A stretch of 28,488 bases of DNA from a bacterium (lineage in GTDB: Bacteria; Zhuqueibacterota; Zhuqueibacteria; Oceanimicrobiales; Oceanimicrobiaceae): the NCBI GenBank assembly GCA_046757165.1, contig JBHHXT010000048.1:1-28488 (forward strand). The letters are read 5' to 3'. The notes under the pieces were generated by a model. That model was not told where the DNA came from. It worked only from the letters and a program-made list of their open reading frames with translations, and searched no databases. Shown here piece after piece: positions 25,115 through 28,488 of this stretch (positions within the stretch are counted from its first letter, which is position 1; every line of letters begins with the position of its first letter). The position numbers and the translations under genes are program-made.

Positions 25115-28100
25115 CTAAAATGAAACGCTCAAGGTCATGGCATACGTCCTCGGATTCTGCAAGGTGAAATAATCCTGCCCGCGCTCCAGATCGCGTGCGC
25201 CGGACCAGTTGACCTCCACTTCCGGGCCACTGTACCTGGTGACGGTCAGAAGATTGTGCGCTGACAGCGTAATGGCGATGTCCTGAACCAGTTGGCGACC
25301 GCGCAGGGCTTTCGACAGCAAGCCTTTGAAACTGTAACGCAGGCTCACTTCCCGCAGTTTGACGAAGTCGCCCTGCTCGATGAAATTCGCATCCAGCAGG
25401 GGATCCATTCTGGCGAACTCTTCGGCAGCGGCGATATACTCCGGCGTGCCCGGCGTGAACGGAATGACGTCCTCGACCGGCTCGACATCCAGAGCGACGC
25501 CGTCCGCCTCAAAGGTTCCGGCGAGGCCGAGCTGAGTCGCGAGCAGGTTGTATTTCGGGTTGTTCCCGGCCAGGTAGGTGAGCGATTTGCTGCCGTTCCA
25601 GATTTTGTGACCGGTCGCCCAGTCAGCCAGAGCGTAGAGGCTCAGGTTCTTGAAGAGACGGAGATTGAGAGCAAGCGAGCCGGTGTAAGGGGGCACAGGA
25701 TTGCCCAGCGCCACAGGTGCCTCGCCAAAATCCGGGCCGAAATACGTGCCGTCGTCATTGAAGAGCGCCCCCAGAAAGGGCTCGGTGTAGAATTCATGCT
25801 TCGGCAGCCCCTCCTGGATCACGTTCAACGCAAAACTGTCGAACACCGGCTGGGCGGCGCCGAGATCGACCACTTCGTTTTCCTGCCAGTTGTTGATCAG
25901 CGTCAGGGAGAGATCGAAATCGCGTCGGTGGACGACGGAGGCATGCAGCAGCGTCTCGATTCCGCTCCCCGTTATTTCGCCGATGTTCACCGGCGTGGGC
26001 GGCAGTCCGGTCGAGGGCGAGTTGATGAATTCAAAGATGCTGTCTTTTGCCTTTTGTTTATAGTAGGTAAATTCCACCGCAAAATGGTTCAAGAACTCGG
26101 CATCGAAGCCGATCTCGATCTCTTTTACCCGCTCGGGTTTGATCTTGTCATTGCCGCCCGTGCCGGGCACACCGCCAGCGCCATAAGCACCCGATTCCGG
26201 CCGGAAATGCAGATTGATGCCATCCAGGGAGTTCGGGAGAATGCCTGTTTCGCCATAAGCCGCTCTGAGCTTGAACAGCCCGAAGAAAGCCGGCACGTGC
26301 CGGAATTTGTCCAGGCGCACGGCAAAACTGGCGCCCGGATAGAAAATCGAAGACGCCTTTCGCCCGATACGGCTGGCGTAGTCGCGTCGCAATTTCAAAG
26401 AGAGATAGTATCGGTCGGAAAAGGCGAGGTTGGCTTCCCCGAAGAGGCCCGCCTGCCGTTCGTGCAGCGTGGTCTCATCGATGGTGGCCTGTTGCGTGCC
26501 AGCCTTGATCGTGGTGACCAACTGGGTCAGAAAATCATAGCGCTGGGTTGAAAAGGTGTTCACTTTGCGGTCGAAAAGTTGCACGCCGCCCACCAGAGAG
26601 AGGTGCAGATCAGACAGCGGGTGGAGGTCGAGTCTGCTATCGAAACTGTAGGTCACCAGCCGGCCCTGGCGCGTGAAGTGGTTGCGCAGCCCGGAATCGA
26701 AGCGCTCCTGCTGGTAAGTTTCATTGACGGGATAGTTCTGGTCCTGGCGCAAGTCGTGATCATCGATGCCGAGACTCATGCGCGCTGAAAAGATGGGAAT
26801 CGGCTGGTATTCCGCCCGTACCGAGGCAACAAAGCGGTTCGATTCGTTCTCGTCCTCGATATTCTCGATGGCAGAGCGGCCGCCGCCAACGAACAAATAG
26901 GACGTGGGATTGATGGTCGTGTTGATCAGATAGCCGAACAGGTTGTTGTCATTGGAAGGTCGTTCCACGGTACTAAAAGTGTAGCTCGAGCTGAGGCTGA
27001 GCGTCAATTTGTCGTTCGGAACGACATCAAAGTTGGCACGAACGTTCTTGCGGTCCAGACGATTGGGTTCGAGAATGCCTTCTTCCACCCGGCTGTCAAG
27101 GGCTGCAAAATAACGGATGAAATTCGAGCCGCCGGAGGCGCTCAGGCTATTCTGAACGATCGTGCCCGTTCGGAAGATATCGTTGGCGTCGCGCGCGGAG
27201 AGATAATCTTTGCGGCTATAATCGAAGGATTGTTTGTTCCAACCGGCGGTGAGTTTATAGTTGAAAAACACCCCGCCCGCATTTCCGGCACGGTAGTGCC
27301 CCCGTTTGGTGGTGATCAGGACCACACCGTTGGCGCCATCGGTGCCATAGGAGACCGCGCCGGCCGGCCCTTTCAGCACCTCGATGCTTTCGATCTCCTC
27401 CGGGTTGAGGTCGGCCAGCAAACTGATGCCCTGGCCGCCGACTTCAAAGCCGAGCACTTCAGCGTTGTCCACGCGCACGCCGTCAACGTAGATAACCGGC
27501 TGCTCATCGCCATTCAAGCCTCCGCCGGAGCGCATCGTGAACCTGAAACCTGCGCCGACATTGCCGGATGCTCGCTTGACCTGTACACCCGCGAGCTTGC
27601 CACGGATCAGCTGCGACGTGGTTCTGTAGTTGCTCTGGCTGGTGTAGCCGCTGGCCGGGATGCGCGAGACGGCGACTTCTGCCACGGCCTTCGAGGTCGT
27701 CGAGGCGATGCCGGTCACAACGATCTCCTCGCCCCGAAGAATATCTTCCCTCAGGGCGAAGTCAACCTCGTTTGCTTTGACCGACACACTTGATTCCAGC
27801 GGCCGGTACCCTTCCTTCATCACTTGGAGGATGTATTCACCCGGGGAGAGATCGGCGAACAGATAGGAGCCATCCCTGCCTGTCTTCACAATGCGACTCG
27901 TCCCTTTGATGGAAACCCGAATCCCGGCAAGCGGCCGGCCGGTTTTGTCATCAACGATCTTGCCTGAAATCGCACCGGTCAGTTTGATCTCGATTTCAGT
28001 TTTCTCGGTGTGATAGCCGATGAACGAGGCGGTCAATGTATAGTTGCCAGGCGGAATGCGTGCGATGAGAAAGGAGCCGTCCTGCCTGGCTGCGGCTCCA

Positions 28101-28294
28101 AGCCGTGTTCCCTTGACGACGACATTGGCGCCAGTCAGCGGGGCCCCGGTGCGGCTGTCGACGACTGTGCCGGAAACAGAAGAGGTCGCCTGGCCGAAGA
28201 GGGTGTGAGCCAGAAAAATTTGAATGCAGGTCGAGGCGAGGGAGAGTAGAAGATTGGCACGGCTTGCCGTAAGGAAAGCTCTCCTTAAGTCCAT
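25115..28294 (-). CDS. SusC/RagA-like TonB-dependent receptor with two N-terminal carboxypeptidase-regulatory-like domains
   Basis: Signal peptide; EEIVVTG; plug PVIYVDGV and DLNPEEIESIEVLKGPA...YG..GANGVVLITTKRG; KLRAAYG, IKPERVKEIEIG, FVKLREVSL, PRTY, terminal Phe; AGGAGG upstream. Confidence 0.92.
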   Translation of the reverse strand: MDLRRAFLTASRANLLLSLASTCIQIFLAHTLFGQATSSVSGTVVDSRTGAPLTGANVVVKGTRLGAAARQDGSFLIARIPPGNYTLTASFIGYHTEKTEIEIKLTGAISGKIVDDKTGRPLAGIRVSIKGTSRIVKTGRDGSYLFADLSPGEYILQVMKEGYRPLESSVSVKANEVDFALREDILRGEEIVVTGIASTTSKAVAEVAVSRIPASGYTSQSNYRTTSQLIRGKLAGVQVKRASGNVGAGFRFTMRSGGGLNGDEQPVIYVDGVRVDNAEVLGFEVGGQGISLLADLNPEEIESIEVLKGPAGAVSYGTDGANGVVLITTKRGHYRAGNAGGVFFNYKLTAGWNKQSFDYSRKDYLSARDANDIFRTGTIVQNSLSASGGSNFIRYFAALDSRVEEGILEPNRLDRKNVRANFDVVPNDKLTLSLSSSYTFSTVERPSNDNNLFGYLINTTINPTSYLFVGGGRSAIENIEDENESNRFVASVRAEYQPIPIFSARMSLGIDDHDLRQDQNYPVNETYQQERFDSGLRNHFTRQGRLVTYSFDSRLDLHPLSDLHLSLVGGVQLFDRKVNTFSTQRYDFLTQLVTTIKAGTQQATIDETTLHERQAGLFGEANLAFSDRYYLSLKLRRDYASRIGRKASSIFYPGASFAVRLDKFRHVPAFFGLFKLRAAYGETGILPNSLDGINLHFRPESGAYGAGGVPGTGGNDKIKPERVKEIEIGFDAEFLNHFAVEFTYYKQKAKDSIFEFINSPSTGLPPTPVNIGEITGSGIETLLHASVVHRRDFDLSLTLINNWQENEVVDLGAAQPVFDSFALNVIQEGLPKHEFYTEPFLGALFNDDGTYFGPDFGEAPVALGNPVPPYTGSLALNLRLFKNLSLYALADWATGHKIWNGSKSLTYLAGNNPKYNLLATQLGLAGTFEADGVALDVEPVEDVIPFTPGTPEYIAAAEEFARMDPLLDANFIEQGDFVKLREVSLRYSFKGLLSKALRGRQLVQDIAITLSAHNLLTVTRYSGPEVEVNWSGARDLERGQDYFTLQNPRTYAMTLSVSF

Positions 28295-28401
28295 TTAACC
28301 ATCCCCTCCTGAAGATGTAACAGATGAATGCCAAGGAATGAGGGCAGGCTCTACTGCGGGGCAAAACAACCGTCCGCCCGTTTTATCATCCCCTGAGTAG
28401 C

Positions 28402-28429
28402 AATGTAGAAGAAAATAAAAAAAAATCAA
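28402..28429 (-). promoter_or_regulatory. Possible promoter for the susC-like gene
   Basis: Minus strand TTGATT (28429-28424), 16-nt spacer, TACATT (28407-28402); a T9 run spans the -35/spacer. Confidence 0.35.
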
Positions 28430-28488
28430 CAGATAAACGTCCCAGCAAACGCATTTGAACAATTTTTTCAAACGCTCCGCCCCCCGAA

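Noticed and set aside
25292..26551. 419-aa plus-strand ORF, and similar ORFs at 4118..4819, 5717..6394, 7126..7923, 12055..12891 and 15641..16435
   Set aside because: They overlap well-supported genes in antisense or alternative frames and show no recognisable domains.

Overview
Bacterial chromosomal window, probably from a non-Bacteroidota member of the FCB group such as KSB1 or a Calditrichota-like lineage. This is an inference from PorV-family and SusC/SusD-like genes occurring with canonical AGGAGG ribosome-binding sites and TTGxxx-N17-TAxaxT promoters. Left to right: a partial hypothetical CDS; a small beta-rich protein divergent from a GH39 glycosidase; an AAA_14/DUF4143-type ATPase; a translationally coupled minus-strand pair (a DUF11-repeat surface protein with a FlgD-Ig/T9SS-type C-terminal domain, then a PorV/PorQ-family barrel fused to Ig/CARDB and two OmpA-like domains); yitJ; a tandem DUF2914 protein; tRNA-Met(CAT); a pterin carbinolamine dehydratase; a four-gene c-di-GMP/two-component operon; an unannotated 52-aa ORF and an ACT protein; an Mre11/Rad50-like (YhaO/YhaN-type) pair with a membrane hairpin; and a SusC/SusD-like pair. 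The best candidate for an undescribed system is the cargo plus barrel-OmpA fusion, which looks like a two-gene, peptidoglycan-tethered surface display module. No CRISPR array, transposase or integrase was seen. All family calls come from motif recognition by eye; no searches were run.
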